A program made the position numbers and the translations under genes. The notes under the pieces are model-generated. The model was not told where the DNA came from and did no database searches. It worked only from the letters and a program-made list of their open reading frames with translations. A stretch of 41,470 bases of DNA from positions 1 to 41,470 of IMG/VR virus record IMGVR_UViG_3300049139_000029. The stretch is one strand, 5' to 3'. Of this stretch, positions 24,441 to 35,055 are shown piece by piece. How positions within the stretch are numbered: position 1 is the first letter of the stretch; every line of letters begins with the position of its first letter. This stretch comes from a virus. Its lineage: Duplodnaviria; Caudoviricetes.

Positions 24441-24908
24441 ATGACAATCACTCCAGGCATCGTCAGCGACTGGGTACTCGAAGTCGCCGCCTACACCGAT
24501 GGCACCGAACCGGCCGGCGGATACACGCAGGTGAAGGGCATCACCAACTACACCCCTCCGGGTATCTCGAAGGACCGCCAGGATGACTCGGACTTCGACA
24601 GTGGGGCGTTCGCTTCACAGGTCGCCACCGGGCTGTCCTACGAACTCACCGGCACCTGCAAGATCCCCCGTGCTGGTATGACCGCTGACCCGGGGCAGGA
24701 AATCCTCCGCACCGCCGGCATGAACGTGGCTGAGGATGGCCGCGTCCACTTCCGCACCTACAAGCGGGGCGCCGCCACTGGTCTCGCTGGTGTTATCGAC
24801 GCGAACTTCACGGAGGGCGGCGGTTCACGGACCGACCTGACCACCGCGGAGTTCGGCGGCCCGGGTGTTGGCGCTGTCGTCGTCTACACGGTCCCGGTAA
24901 CCCCGTAA
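24441..24908 (+). CDS. Major tail protein
   Basis: DDSDFDS, DPGQEILR; synteny. Confidence 0.8.
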   Translation: MTITPGIVSDWVLEVAAYTDGTEPAGGYTQVKGITNYTPPGISKDRQDDSDFDSGAFASQVATGLSYELTGTCKIPRAGMTADPGQEILRTAGMNVAEDGRVHFRTYKRGAATGLAGVIDANFTEGGGSRTDLTTAEFGGPGVGAVVVYTVPVTP

Positions 24909-24995
24909 TGACTCCCACCGGTCCGGCGATCCAAGGCGTCGGGCCGGTGGGCACCACCTAACCACCTTGGAAACCTCAAACCTTGGAGCACAGAA

Positions 24996-25439
24996 ATGAC
25001 CGTCAAAGACATCACGCAGATCGAAGACGTATTCTCCCCGAAGCTGCGCATCCCCATCAACGGGAAAACATACGACGTCGAAGCAGTAGACGCCGAAACC
25101 GGTATGCGCCTCCAGAAACTCTTCATCACCGGAGTCAAGGCGTACCAGGGTCAGGACCTCACCGAGAAGGACATCGAACTCGTCTCCGATGATGAGGAAC
25201 CCGACTTCTTCCGCATGGTCCTTGGTGACACGTACGACGAACTCCTCAAGGACAAGGTCTCGTATCAGGGGCTCCGGTTCGTGTCCTCTGTGGTGTTCAC
25301 GTGGACGACGCAGAACTTCGAGACCGCGCTCGAGGTGTGGCGCAACCAGGGAAAAGCGCCGGCGAAGAACAGGGAACAGCGCCGAACGGAGACCCGGACC
25401 CGTACGGCCGCGGCACGTACGACGCAGAAACAGGGCTAA
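24996..25439 (+). CDS. Tail assembly chaperone (G)
   Basis: Between major tail and tape measure genes; NREQRR motif. Confidence 0.85.
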   Translation: MTVKDITQIEDVFSPKLRIPINGKTYDVEAVDAETGMRLQKLFITGVKAYQGQDLTEKDIELVSDDEEPDFFRMVLGDTYDELLKDKVSYQGLRFVSSVVFTWTTQNFETALEVWRNQGKAPAKNREQRRTETRTRTAAARTTQKQG

Positions 25440-25705
25440 GCGAATGGTACGAGTACCCGCAGCAGCAGAGTGACGGGCACTCGTGGGCTGACATCCTCCA
25501 GCATTGGCGGCTTGTTGAGGCTGACCTGCACGAGGTGTACGGGATTGATGTCGGGTCGGGGATCCTTCGGGAACGCTCATGGCGGTGGCTATCGACCCGT
25601 ATTTGGGGGCTGCTCCGGCGGGTTCCGACTGCTGGCCCGGACGGCGAGGCCATCCCATCGACTCGTATCGGTTTGATGTTGGATCCGAAACGTAAAAACG
25701 AATAG
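24996..25705 (+). CDS. Tail assembly chaperone, -1 frameshift product (GT)
   Basis: Slippery G GGA AAA at 25349-25355, in phase; the -1 frame encodes W.LVEADLHEVYGID...SWRWL. Confidence 0.85.
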
Positions 25706-25717
25706 AGGGGGTCGACC

Positions 25718-28700
25718 GTGGCTTTGTACCTTGGGGAAATCTACGGCAAGGTCACGGTCGACAATAACCCGGCACTGAACGCGTTGCGTAAGGTCCGCCA
25801 GGGCATGGACCAGACCGCCGAGGCGGGTAAGCGGTCCACGGACAAGCTTGAGGCGCAGGCGCAACGCCATGAGAAGGCCGTCAACGACGCATCCGATGGG
25901 ATCCTCCGGGCTCGCCGGCGGGAGCAGGACGCGGCGGCGGCTGTGGTGGCGGCTGAGAAGAAGCTCGCTGACGCCCGCAGGAAGCACGCCGCGGACTCGT
26001 CACAGGTCGTTGAGGCGGAGCGCCGCGCTGAGTCCGCTCACAGGCGTGTAGCGGACGCACAGGACGCTTCCGCACGTGCCACCCGTGACCTGGATATGGC
26101 GCAGCGTCGGGCTGTGTCATCTTCACGTGACTTGAGTGTCGCGAATGAGCGGGTGAGAACGACCACGCGTCGGACGTCGGGTGACTTCACCCGCATGACG
26201 AACGACATGAACACCAGCTCCAGGGCTGGGCGTACGTTCACCGCATCCATCGCCATGGTCACCGCCGGCCTCACCGCTGTAACACCTGCTGCTGGTGCCG
26301 CCGGCGCGGGCCTGCTGGCTGGTGCCGGTCACGTGCTCACCCTCGCCTCGTCGTTGGGTCAGTTGGCTGGTGTGGCTGCGCTCATCCCCGCCGGGTTCAT
26401 CTCCATCGGTGCCGGTGCTGGCGTGTTGGTTGCCGCCCTGTCCGGTGTGGGCGACGCGCTCAAGGCTGTCAACGCAGAAACTAGCGCGTTCACCGCTAAC
26501 CCGCGCCTCGCTGCGATGGCCGTTGAGGACGCCTTGGCCGCCATCACGATGGCGGAGGAGAACGCCGCCGCGGCGCAGGTCGCAGCTTCACGGGCTGTTG
26601 AGGCGGCGGAACGCCGTGAGGCTGACGCTGCCCGTGGTGTGATCGACGCGCAAAGGGATCTCGTTGAGGCGCGTGAGGAAGCTGCCGCACGTGTGAACAA
26701 GGTCGGCAGTCAGGTGTTCGACGCCCACATGGAGGCGAAGGACACGGCGATCGCCTACCGTAAAGCGCTGGCGGAGTACAACAAAGCCAAAGCCGAGGGC
26801 AAGACCGGCGACGAGCTCGACTCTCTGAACAACACGGTCAATAAGCTGTACGCGGCCAACGAGCGGGCTATTGAGTCTGAGGCTGAACTCCGCAAGGAGC
26901 ACGCGAAAGCGAAGAAGGAAGCTAAGGCTGGCAGTGAGGCTGTCCTCAAAGCCGAACAGCGGCTGGCTGATGCACAGCAGGCGCACCTTGACGCCCAGCA
27001 GGCCATCAAGGATGCGGCGGCGCAGGCGAAGCAGGCGCAGGTTGATTCGGCTCGTGCGGTGGCTCAGGCTCACAGGAACCTCGAACGAGTCCAGTTGCAG
27101 CAGGCCGACACCGCCGCACGTGCAGGGCATGAGTCGGCTGAGGCGATGGGTGAACTCACCCCCGCCGCGCAGGAGGCCGTCCGGGCACTGTTGCAGGTGA
27201 AGGACACCCTGTCGGGGATCCGCAGGATTGCTCAGGAGAACTTCTTCACCGGGTTCTCCGCGCCCCTGCTGGCCCTCAGTGGTGCTCTTGGCCCGCAGAT
27301 GGCCACGGGTGTGGGCGCTATCGCTTCCGCGCTCGGTGCTGGTGCGCAGCAGTTCATGGCGTCCCTCCAGTCCTCACTGGGTAGTGGTGTCCTTGAACGC
27401 CTGTTGCGTGGGGTTGCTGAGTCGATTGAGATCCTGAACCGGGCCATCGACCCCATCGTGCAGTCGTTCATCACCCTCGGCATTGTGGGCATGGATTACA
27501 TGCCACGGTTGGCCGGGTGGGTTGCGGATCTGGCGGAGCAGTTCAACTCGTTCATCCAGGCGGCCGCCGCTGACGGGTCACTCAAGCGGTGGATCGACGA
27601 CGGCATCCAGGGGATGAAAGACCTGTGGTCCATCGGCGATTCCGTGCTGGGGATCTTCTCCTCGCTGACGTCCGCTGCCATGGCTGGGGGGATCAACACC
27701 ACCCTCGGCGGGCTCGCTGCTGGCCTGCGGGACGTTGACGCGGCCATGGGCGGCGAAGCGTTCCAGACCACCATGGCGACCATCTTCGCCGGCGCACAGG
27801 CCGGCGCTGAGGGGTTGCTGGCCGCTCTTGGTCCGATCGGTGAAGCGTTCCGCACTGGGTCGGATTCGTTGGCGCGGTTCCTTGAACTGTCCGGCGAGAT
27901 CGCGGGCCTGTTCATCGGCGGGCTGTTCACCGCACTGTCTGATCCGGCGTTCGGCGCCGGTCTGATCACCTTTTTTGAGGGCGTGCGGGATGGTGTGGCG
28001 GAGATCGCCCCGAAGCTTCCTGCACTGTTCGCGGCGTTCGGGGACATCCTCGGCGCCATCGCACCCGTAGTGGAGGCGCTCGGCCCGACAACGGTCGATG
28101 TGCTGACCATCTTCGCGCAAACGGTGGCGAACATCCTCACGGAACTCTCACCACTGCTCGAGGCGCTGGCCGGTTCACCGGTCGCTGTGGGGATCTTCCT
28201 CGGCGTGATCGGCGCCGCGTCCCTGCTGGGTGCGATCGCTAACTTCATCACACATGTGAAGGTACTCACGGGCGCGTTCAAACTCCTGTGGCTGGCGATC
28301 ACCGGGCCTATCGGGCTCGTGATTCTGGCTATCGGGGCGCTTGTGGCGGCTCAGGTGTGGTTCTTCACGGAGACAGAACTCGGCCGGACCATCATTCAGC
28401 GGGCTTGGATCGGCATCAACCTTGTCGTGAAGAGTTTCCTGAACTGGTTCAACGGGGTGTTCCTGCCCAACGCACGGAACGTCCTGCAATGGTTCGGGGA
28501 TAAGTTCAACTGGTTGTGGAAGAACGTCATCAACCCTGTGATGACGTGGATCGGCGACACCATCAGTGTCGCCTGGACTGACGTCATCAAACCGGTGTTC
28601 GACAAGTTCGGGTCCATTGTCCGGGGCATCCCTGATGCTTTTGAGGCCGCTAAGAAGGGCATCAAAACGGCGTGGGACGCCATTCAGGGCATCGCGAAAG

Positions 28701-29899
28701 CCCCTGTGAAGTTCGTCGTGGAGACGGTCATCAACGATGGCCTGATCAAGACGTTCAACAAGATCCCGGGCGTGAAAATCCCGGAGGTGAAACTACCGAA
28801 GGGCTTCAAGGACGGCGGGTACACCGGTGATGGCGCGGCGACGGAGGTCGCGGGGCCTGCCCACCGTGGAGAGTACTACTTCACGAAGGACCAGACCGCA
28901 CGCATCGGCAAGGACAAACTAGCCGCACTGGCTCACGGTGCTGCCCGTATTGACTCCGGCCCGGTCGCTGGCGCGTTCATGGGCAACCGGAACGCCATCG
29001 CCCAACACGGCGCGTACTTCATGAACGTCGCCGCGGGTATGGGTCCGTGGAACTTCAAGGGTGCCGCGAACATGTGGGACGGCGCCGCCGGCGTGAAAGT
29101 CAAAACCGGGCGCGGCAAGCATCAGGGTTATGTGACGCAGCGGGAGCGTGGCGGTGGGATCCTCGGTTACACGACCGGGACGAACATCGACATGTCCCCG
29201 TCGTGGATGGCCCAACTCGGGGCGGTCCAACGCCGTACGGTGGCAGCGCATGAGATCGGGCACGCCCTCGGGCTCCCGCACTCGAACGCGTCCTCCATCA
29301 TGGCCCCCCACCTCGGGGCTATGGCATCGGTCCCCACGGCGAATGACATCCGGAACCTGCAACGCCTGTACCCGGGTGGCACAGGTAAGCCGGGGGAAGG
29401 CCAGCCGGATAACCCGTTCCAGGGGATGGTCGCCCAACTGGTTGGGCTCATCAAGAAGCAGTTCCCCGGTGGGGGGATGTTCGTTGACGCGGGCGTCGGT
29501 ATCGCCACCAGCGGTATTGACTCGGTGATCAAGTTCGTCTCCGACATCGCGAACAACATCGGCAACCTTGTGGGTGACATCACTGACGGGGTTGTCGGGG
29601 GGATCCGCGACTTCTTCGGCGGCGGCGCTGCAATGGCTCCCACGCTGATGGATGGCGGCGGCTGGCTGTACGACACGGACGGCCCGACCGTCGTCCATCA
29701 GAAGAAGAAGCCGGACGCGTTCACCCCGTACGACGAGTGGCAGCAGATGAAAGCTGACTACGCGAACGCTGCGGGCGGGGAGTTCACCGGGAACCTCTAC
29801 CTTGAGGGCGGCGAGTTCCTCGGCAAGGTCCGCGGGGTCGTCCGTAAGGAAATCGACCAGCAGGTCCGGGTCGCGTCCAACACTCGAAGGGGAATCTGA
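25718..29899 (+). CDS. Tape measure protein with C-terminal zinc metallopeptidase domain
   Basis: 1393 aa, Ala/Gly-rich helical repeats; FKDGGYTG; HEIGHALGLPH...SIM. Confidence 0.93.
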   Translation: MALYLGEIYGKVTVDNNPALNALRKVRQGMDQTAEAGKRSTDKLEAQAQRHEKAVNDASDGILRARRREQDAAAAVVAAEKKLADARRKHAADSSQVVEAERRAESAHRRVADAQDASARATRDLDMAQRRAVSSSRDLSVANERVRTTTRRTSGDFTRMTNDMNTSSRAGRTFTASIAMVTAGLTAVTPAAGAAGAGLLAGAGHVLTLASSLGQLAGVAALIPAGFISIGAGAGVLVAALSGVGDALKAVNAETSAFTANPRLAAMAVEDALAAITMAEENAAAAQVAASRAVEAAERREADAARGVIDAQRDLVEAREEAAARVNKVGSQVFDAHMEAKDTAIAYRKALAEYNKAKAEGKTGDELDSLNNTVNKLYAANERAIESEAELRKEHAKAKKEAKAGSEAVLKAEQRLADAQQAHLDAQQAIKDAAAQAKQAQVDSARAVAQAHRNLERVQLQQADTAARAGHESAEAMGELTPAAQEAVRALLQVKDTLSGIRRIAQENFFTGFSAPLLALSGALGPQMATGVGAIASALGAGAQQFMASLQSSLGSGVLERLLRGVAESIEILNRAIDPIVQSFITLGIVGMDYMPRLAGWVADLAEQFNSFIQAAAADGSLKRWIDDGIQGMKDLWSIGDSVLGIFSSLTSAAMAGGINTTLGGLAAGLRDVDAAMGGEAFQTTMATIFAGAQAGAEGLLAALGPIGEAFRTGSDSLARFLELSGEIAGLFIGGLFTALSDPAFGAGLITFFEGVRDGVAEIAPKLPALFAAFGDILGAIAPVVEALGPTTVDVLTIFAQTVANILTELSPLLEALAGSPVAVGIFLGVIGAASLLGAIANFITHVKVLTGAFKLLWLAITGPIGLVILAIGALVAAQVWFFTETELGRTIIQRAWIGINLVVKSFLNWFNGVFLPNARNVLQWFGDKFNWLWKNVINPVMTWIGDTISVAWTDVIKPVFDKFGSIVRGIPDAFEAAKKGIKTAWDAIQGIAKAPVKFVVETVINDGLIKTFNKIPGVKIPEVKLPKGFKDGGYTGDGAATEVAGPAHRGEYYFTKDQTARIGKDKLAALAHGAARIDSGPVAGAFMGNRNAIAQHGAYFMNVAAGMGPWNFKGAANMWDGAAGVKVKTGRGKHQGYVTQRERGGGILGYTTGTNIDMSPSWMAQLGAVQRRTVAAHEIGHALGLPHSNASSIMAPHLGAMASVPTANDIRNLQRLYPGGTGKPGEGQPDNPFQGMVAQLVGLIKKQFPGGGMFVDAGVGIATSGIDSVIKFVSDIANNIGNLVGDITDGVVGGIRDFFGGGAAMAPTLMDGGGWLYDTDGPTVVHQKKKPDAFTPYDEWQQMKADYANAAGGEFTGNLYLEGGEFLGKVRGVVRKEIDQQVRVASNTRRGI

Positions 29900-30729
29900 T
29901 GGTGACACTCACCGCCGTACCGGTCACTGACCCGCCCTGCCCCCGGGCGGCGGTCACAGTGCAAGGGTTGTCGGCTGGGGATCATGTCATCAGTGTGTGG
30001 CGCACCTCGGACGGGGAACGTTCCCCCGTCCGGGGTGCCCGCACCGTCCAGGTTGTGGACTCGTTCTACATCGAGGACTTCGAGACCCCGTTGGGTAGGG
30101 ATGTCACGTATGAACTTGAGGTGGTCTCGGGTGTGGACGCCGGTATACCCCCGGTGTTCGCTGACACGCTGATCGGGTCGGTGTGCGGGTACTTGCAGGA
30201 CCCATTCAACCCGTCCTCCGCGGTCCCCGTATGGGGTGACGGAACACGGGCAGGTCAACCGGTGCTATCCCGTGCGGCGTTCGGTTCGTTCACGTACACC
30301 GCTGACACGGCGGACTTCATGGTGTTGGGTTCCTCCCGGCCGGTGTCCATCAGCACGGGCAGGACGGCCGTGTCCGGGATCCCGTTGGTGTTCCGGACCC
30401 GCACCGAGGAGGAAACGGTCAGGGTCCGCGACCTTGTGAAGCAGGCACCGCATTTGGTGTTCCGGCCCACCCCGGAATGGGGTTCGGCCATCCCGGGGGT
30501 TGCCACCTATTCGGCGGCCACCGTGGAAGAAACCCCCGTCATTTTGGGGAACCTCACCCGGTGGGAGACCACCATGAATGTGGTCCGCCCATCCTCCGCC
30601 CGCGTCATCGTCACACTCTGGCCGTACCAGGACGTCGCGGAACTCTTCGCCACCTACGACCAGAAGCAGGACGCCGCCGGCGGTGGAACTTATCTGGATG
30701 ACCAGAAGAACCCAGCGAACGTTGTATAG
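29899..30729 (+). CDS. Minor tail protein (distal tail-like)
   Basis: Follows the tape measure gene; VRG, DFETPLG. Confidence 0.7.
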   Translation: MVTLTAVPVTDPPCPRAAVTVQGLSAGDHVISVWRTSDGERSPVRGARTVQVVDSFYIEDFETPLGRDVTYELEVVSGVDAGIPPVFADTLIGSVCGYLQDPFNPSSAVPVWGDGTRAGQPVLSRAAFGSFTYTADTADFMVLGSSRPVSISTGRTAVSGIPLVFRTRTEEETVRVRDLVKQAPHLVFRPTPEWGSAIPGVATYSAATVEETPVILGNLTRWETTMNVVRPSSARVIVTLWPYQDVAELFATYDQKQDAAGGGTYLDDQKNPANVV

Positions 30730-30737
30730 GGGGCCTC

Positions 30738-32066
30738 GTGCGGGACATTGACGAGAACACACGGCAAGCCCTCCGGGGCTCCCGTACCGGCGACCGGCTG
30801 GTGTGCTGGGTCTGGTACGACGGCAGGCTCGCATTGGATGATCCACTGGACGTGTCGTCGTGGTCGTTCTCGTGGGACGGTTCGGAGCGGGCGAAAGTCC
30901 AAGGCTCCATGTCGTTGACGGTGAAAGACCCGGACGGACAGCTCGGGCCGTGGCTGTTCGAGGACCCCCTCGGTGTTGGCGGGTCCCGGCTCCAGGTGTC
31001 CTACCTTGTGGGTGGGGCTGGTGAGGTGCGGATCGGCTGGTTCCGGGTCATCTCCAACCAGGTGGACGAGTCGTGGAAGTTCCGGGTGATCCGCGAGGAC
31101 GGGTACGTCGAACCCGACTCCGCCCTCCCGCAGCATTACCGTTCAATCGCCGTGTCGGTCGGTTCTTCCGTGCAGGTCGAAGCGGACGAACTCACCGCCG
31201 AACTCGACTCAGACGAGTTCCTCGCACCGGAACAGCCCGCGGGGACGAACCCGACCGTGTTCAGCGAACTCACCCGCCTCATCGGGGACACGCTGCCCCT
31301 TGAGATAACGGGCGTCACGGACTCCCCGCTGTCGCTGACGAACACGTGGGACGGGAACCGGCTGGAGGTCATCCAGGACATCCTGGCCGTGGTTGATGCG
31401 TCGTACCGGATGGGTCCGGACGGCGAACTCGACGTGTACATGAAGGACCCCACCCCCGTGTTCACGTGCGCGGGCGGGCCTGACGGCGTGCTGGTATCCA
31501 TGTCCCGGAAGCAGTCCATCAACGACGTCTACAACATTGGTGTGGTTACTTCGTCACGGAAAACCACGGCCTCGGATGGGTCTGAGGTTGAGGTCCCCAT
31601 TGTGGGGACGTACCAGATCACGACGGGTCCTTTGCGCACTGACGGTCCGTTTGGGCGGCGGGTGATCCGCAACGGCAACCCTTTGATGAACACGCAGGCG
31701 AAAGCCGACAAGGCCGCCGAGACGCTCGTGCTGAACCGGTTGGCCGCGCAGACCGTGGACTTGGATGTGTCGTGCCTACCGGACCCGTCGATCCAGGTCG
31801 GCGACTACGGGACGGTTGTCGCCCCCGTGGTGGATGGCCGGCAGGTCCCCCTCGTGGGTGAGTGCGTGTCCATCAGCCTGTCGGGTGCGGAGACGGTGAG
31901 CCCCATGTCGATGACGGTCCGCTGCCTCCTGTCGGATGCGGCGGCCGCGTTGAAGGGCTTCTCCATCGCCAACCGGCTCACAGGGACTTCACCCGATGTG
32001 ACGTACGACAACGTGAATCCTTACCGGACGACGGAGCAGATGAGCCAAGAAACGGATGAGGTGTAA
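30738..32066 (+). CDS. Minor tail protein (baseplate hub-like)
   Basis: YN..VV, GPFG, DP.IQVGD motifs; synteny. Confidence 0.75.
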   Translation: MRDIDENTRQALRGSRTGDRLVCWVWYDGRLALDDPLDVSSWSFSWDGSERAKVQGSMSLTVKDPDGQLGPWLFEDPLGVGGSRLQVSYLVGGAGEVRIGWFRVISNQVDESWKFRVIREDGYVEPDSALPQHYRSIAVSVGSSVQVEADELTAELDSDEFLAPEQPAGTNPTVFSELTRLIGDTLPLEITGVTDSPLSLTNTWDGNRLEVIQDILAVVDASYRMGPDGELDVYMKDPTPVFTCAGGPDGVLVSMSRKQSINDVYNIGVVTSSRKTTASDGSEVEVPIVGTYQITTGPLRTDGPFGRRVIRNGNPLMNTQAKADKAAETLVLNRLAAQTVDLDVSCLPDPSIQVGDYGTVVAPVVDGRQVPLVGECVSISLSGAETVSPMSMTVRCLLSDAAAALKGFSIANRLTGTSPDVTYDNVNPYRTTEQMSQETDEV

Positions 32067-32068
32067 GC

Positions 32069-32338
32069 GTGGCTGTTGAGGTTACCCCGCTGGGGTTCAA
32101 GAAACCGAACGGGAAAGAACTCGTCCGCAATATGGACAACATCATCAGCGACAACGCCCAAAAGGCTGAGGACATCCTCGCTGACACCCGCCAACAGCTC
32201 GCTGTGGTGCAAGCTGGAACAACGGGCACCGCGATCATTGAGGACACGCAGAACCCTGGTTTCTACATTTTCGAGCCCTCGGGGCAAATAACCGCTGACC
32301 CGCTCAATGTGGGTCTTTACACGATCACGGGGGCCTGA
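32069..32338 (+). CDS. Small minor tail/adaptor protein
   Basis: TPLGFKKP N-terminus; two D..NPG.Y-like repeats. Confidence 0.6.
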   Translation: MAVEVTPLGFKKPNGKELVRNMDNIISDNAQKAEDILADTRQQLAVVQAGTTGTAIIEDTQNPGFYIFEPSGQITADPLNVGLYTITGA

Positions 32339-32340
32339 TT

Positions 32341-33618
32341 ATGGTGCAACGACTGGTAAGCGTCGGAGACGACTTCACCCTACCCGCGAAGGTGAAAGTC
32401 CTTGACGATAACCTCCCGGACCGGCTCGAGGCCGCTGCGCTAAGTGCCACCATTGCCGAGTCTCCCGCCGTCACCAGCAAGGCATCCCCTGCTGATATCG
32501 CCGCATCCGAGCGGCTACGGCAGGACAGGGCGGACCAGGCGTACAACGCCCTCGCAACGTTCCGCCGCGCATTAGCCGCACGCGATACTGCACCCGTGAA
32601 CATGTGGCATATCGGGGACAGCATCACGGTCGGTGTTTCCCCCGCCACGCTCTCCACCCGGTGGGCGTCCATCCTCCGTGACCGGCTCCGTGCAGGGTTC
32701 CCCACAACCGGCAACCCTGCTGGCGGGTTCGGCTACTACTCGGCGAACCCGGCGAACAACTCAGCGGTCGTGAACACGGGTGGCGTGCTGACCTCGCAAG
32801 GGGGGCTGGCTTTCTCCCCTGATTCCTACGTGTGGCGCGCCTACGCTTCCGGGGACAAGCAGGTTTACACTTTCACAGGCACGGGTGCTGACATCCTCTA
32901 CTGGGATAACTCTTTCGGGGCCGGTCAGGCGTTCTACTGGAAGGTGGACGGTGGGGCGGCAACGAACGTTGTGACCGACGCCGCATACACGGCATTGAAG
33001 CGGGTGCAGGTACGTAACCTGACTGCCGGTTCGCACACTATTGAAGTGGGTTGGGCGGCGGGCAACGGGACCACCAGCTACTCACCGATTTCGGGGATTG
33101 TCGCCTACAACGGGGATGAGGCTAAGGGGTTCCGGTCCATCGCAGCCGGCATCTCGGGCGGCACCACGGGAACCTGGAATGCTATGGCTACCGGCCCATT
33201 CGAGACGGCGAAACTGTATGCCCCCGACCTTGTGATCCTCGCCCTCGGGACCAACGACTACGGCGGAACAACCCCGGTCAGCGCGGCCACCTACAAGACG
33301 AATCTCCAGTCGATGATTAGCAAGATCAAGTCCGCGACTACGGGTAAAGTCCCGTCGTTTGTGATTGCGTTCCCAGCGGAGATCGCCAAGGCGAACCCGT
33401 TGGACCCGTTCTCGGCGTACCGGGCTGCGGCCTACGATATTGCGACGGCTGACCCGGACAACGTGACGGTCCTTGACTGGGGGGCACGGTTCAACCCTGT
33501 GCCTACGTTCGGTTCAACGCTGGGTGGTCTACTTCACACTGACTATGTTCACCCGACCGCAGCGGGGCACGCCTACATCGCACGGATGGCCGGACGGTTC
33601 CTGCCCACCGGGGACTAA
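32341..33618 (+). CDS. SGNH/GDSL hydrolase, probably tail-associated
   Basis: GDSIT, G.SG, LGTND and DYVHP blocks, with an inserted beta-rich domain. Confidence 0.85.
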   Translation: MVQRLVSVGDDFTLPAKVKVLDDNLPDRLEAAALSATIAESPAVTSKASPADIAASERLRQDRADQAYNALATFRRALAARDTAPVNMWHIGDSITVGVSPATLSTRWASILRDRLRAGFPTTGNPAGGFGYYSANPANNSAVVNTGGVLTSQGGLAFSPDSYVWRAYASGDKQVYTFTGTGADILYWDNSFGAGQAFYWKVDGGAATNVVTDAAYTALKRVQVRNLTAGSHTIEVGWAAGNGTTSYSPISGIVAYNGDEAKGFRSIAAGISGGTTGTWNAMATGPFETAKLYAPDLVILALGTNDYGGTTPVSAATYKTNLQSMISKIKSATTGKVPSFVIAFPAEIAKANPLDPFSAYRAAAYDIATADPDNVTVLDWGARFNPVPTFGSTLGGLLHTDYVHPTAAGHAYIARMAGRFLPTGD

Positions 33619-33794
33619 ATGAACGAGTCTGACCAGGCTTGGTCGGCGCACTCAGGGGAACATGTGCGGAAGCCGTTGACGCGCTGGGCATCATCGCGCA
33701 ACGGCTTCCCGCATGCCATGTTCTCGCACTGACCACGGCTCAGCTTCACAGTGGCACGGACAGAGCGGATGGCTTCAAGTAGTTTCCCCATGTC

Positions 33795-35055
33795 CTAAGT
33801 GTAGATCTTGCGGGAAAGCGCGGATGAAACTTTCGACGCCTCCTGTCGGGCCTCTTTAGCCATCAGCGCGAAGAGGCACAACAAAATCCACACGACTGTG
33901 GCAACACGGTTCACAGTCAACGAGGGGATACCCAATGAGGCACCAAGCAGGAAAACAACAACAAAAGTAGCCAACCGGCGCATGTCAGGGTCGAGCCGCC
34001 GCGCCATCCTGAACAGAACAACAAACACGCACGCCAAGAGCACGACGCCGAGCAGGCCGGCGACAACGACCACTTCCGTCCACGCACTGTCATACGCGAC
34101 ATCCAACCCCCCACCGCCGAACCCGGTTAGCGGGCGGACTGAGAGCACGGTGCCAATGGTATCGACCATACGGGAATCCTCATTCCAACGACCGGCACTG
34201 TAGAACTCGATGAGCCCCTGACTCTCGTCGGGTGATAGCAGTCGGGCGAGATAGTTGTATCCGGTCCACTGCTGCAACAGGCCGGTCGAGGAAACCCCTA
34301 GCGCCACGACTACCACGCCGAACAAAGCGCCAAGCTTCCCAGCCCCGGCCTTCGACTTCCATAGGTAAAACAAGATCAGCGGCACCCCGCCAAGGATGAA
34401 TACTTTACTGACGCACAGCAGCCCACCCATGCAGATAAGAGCCGTACCGCCAGACCGCCAGCAACCCGGCTATGCCGTACATGACCCCAGCCTCAGAGGG
34501 CTGATTGAAGATGCCCGACAGGCGGCCCAGCTGGGCGGCGTTCTCGGCGGTGGTGCCGATACCTGCCTCGCTCCAAAACCGGCGGAGGTATTCGCTCAGG
34601 TCAACCCTTGTACCGATGATGCTGATGAGCCCATTCAACGCGGTAAGCCAGACTGTTACCGCTGCGAACACTGGGAGAACGAGCCGAGCCTGACCCTCCC
34701 GGACAGCGGACCACACCAGGAGCATCACAATGACGGGGAGCCCGTAGTTGTCGAGCGTGGATGCGGCACCGTTTGGTTGGTAGACCGCACCGTACGGCGT
34801 CGGCGGGATCAACCCAAGCATGAGTATCAGGATGATCGACAACCATAGGGTGATGATCGGAAAGTACGGGCGGGTGCTCATGAGGACCATCGGGAACAGG
34901 AGAGCGATTGCGCCGTAGACCACTGCCTGCTCGGTTCGGATGCCGCTTATCAGGTACGGGCCGAATGCGGCGACCGTCATCACCACAATCAGGACGACGG
35001 GGAAACGTGCAGCGGTGGCCGGTTTCAAAGCATCCCCCAAGGCGACGAAGTACAA
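33795..35055 (-). pseudogene. Wzy/O-antigen ligase-like polytopic membrane protein, frameshifted (35055..34405 and 34430..33795)
   Basis: Many TM segments; GRLSGIFNQPSEAG, SK, GR, PLTGFG and YDSAW...GLLG motifs, split by a frame change near 34430-34450. Confidence 0.7.

Noticed and set aside
28919-29908. Other long antisense ORFs (e.g. 28919..29908, 27496..28302, 24825..25658, 19957..20631, 10689..11489, 2745..3476)
   Set aside because: They are shadows of well-supported genes in GC-rich DNA and show no recognisable motifs, unlike 18900..19511.
33619-33732. Short ORF after the SGNH gene
   Set aside because: 37 codons, no motif and atypical codon usage; probably spacer between convergent genes.
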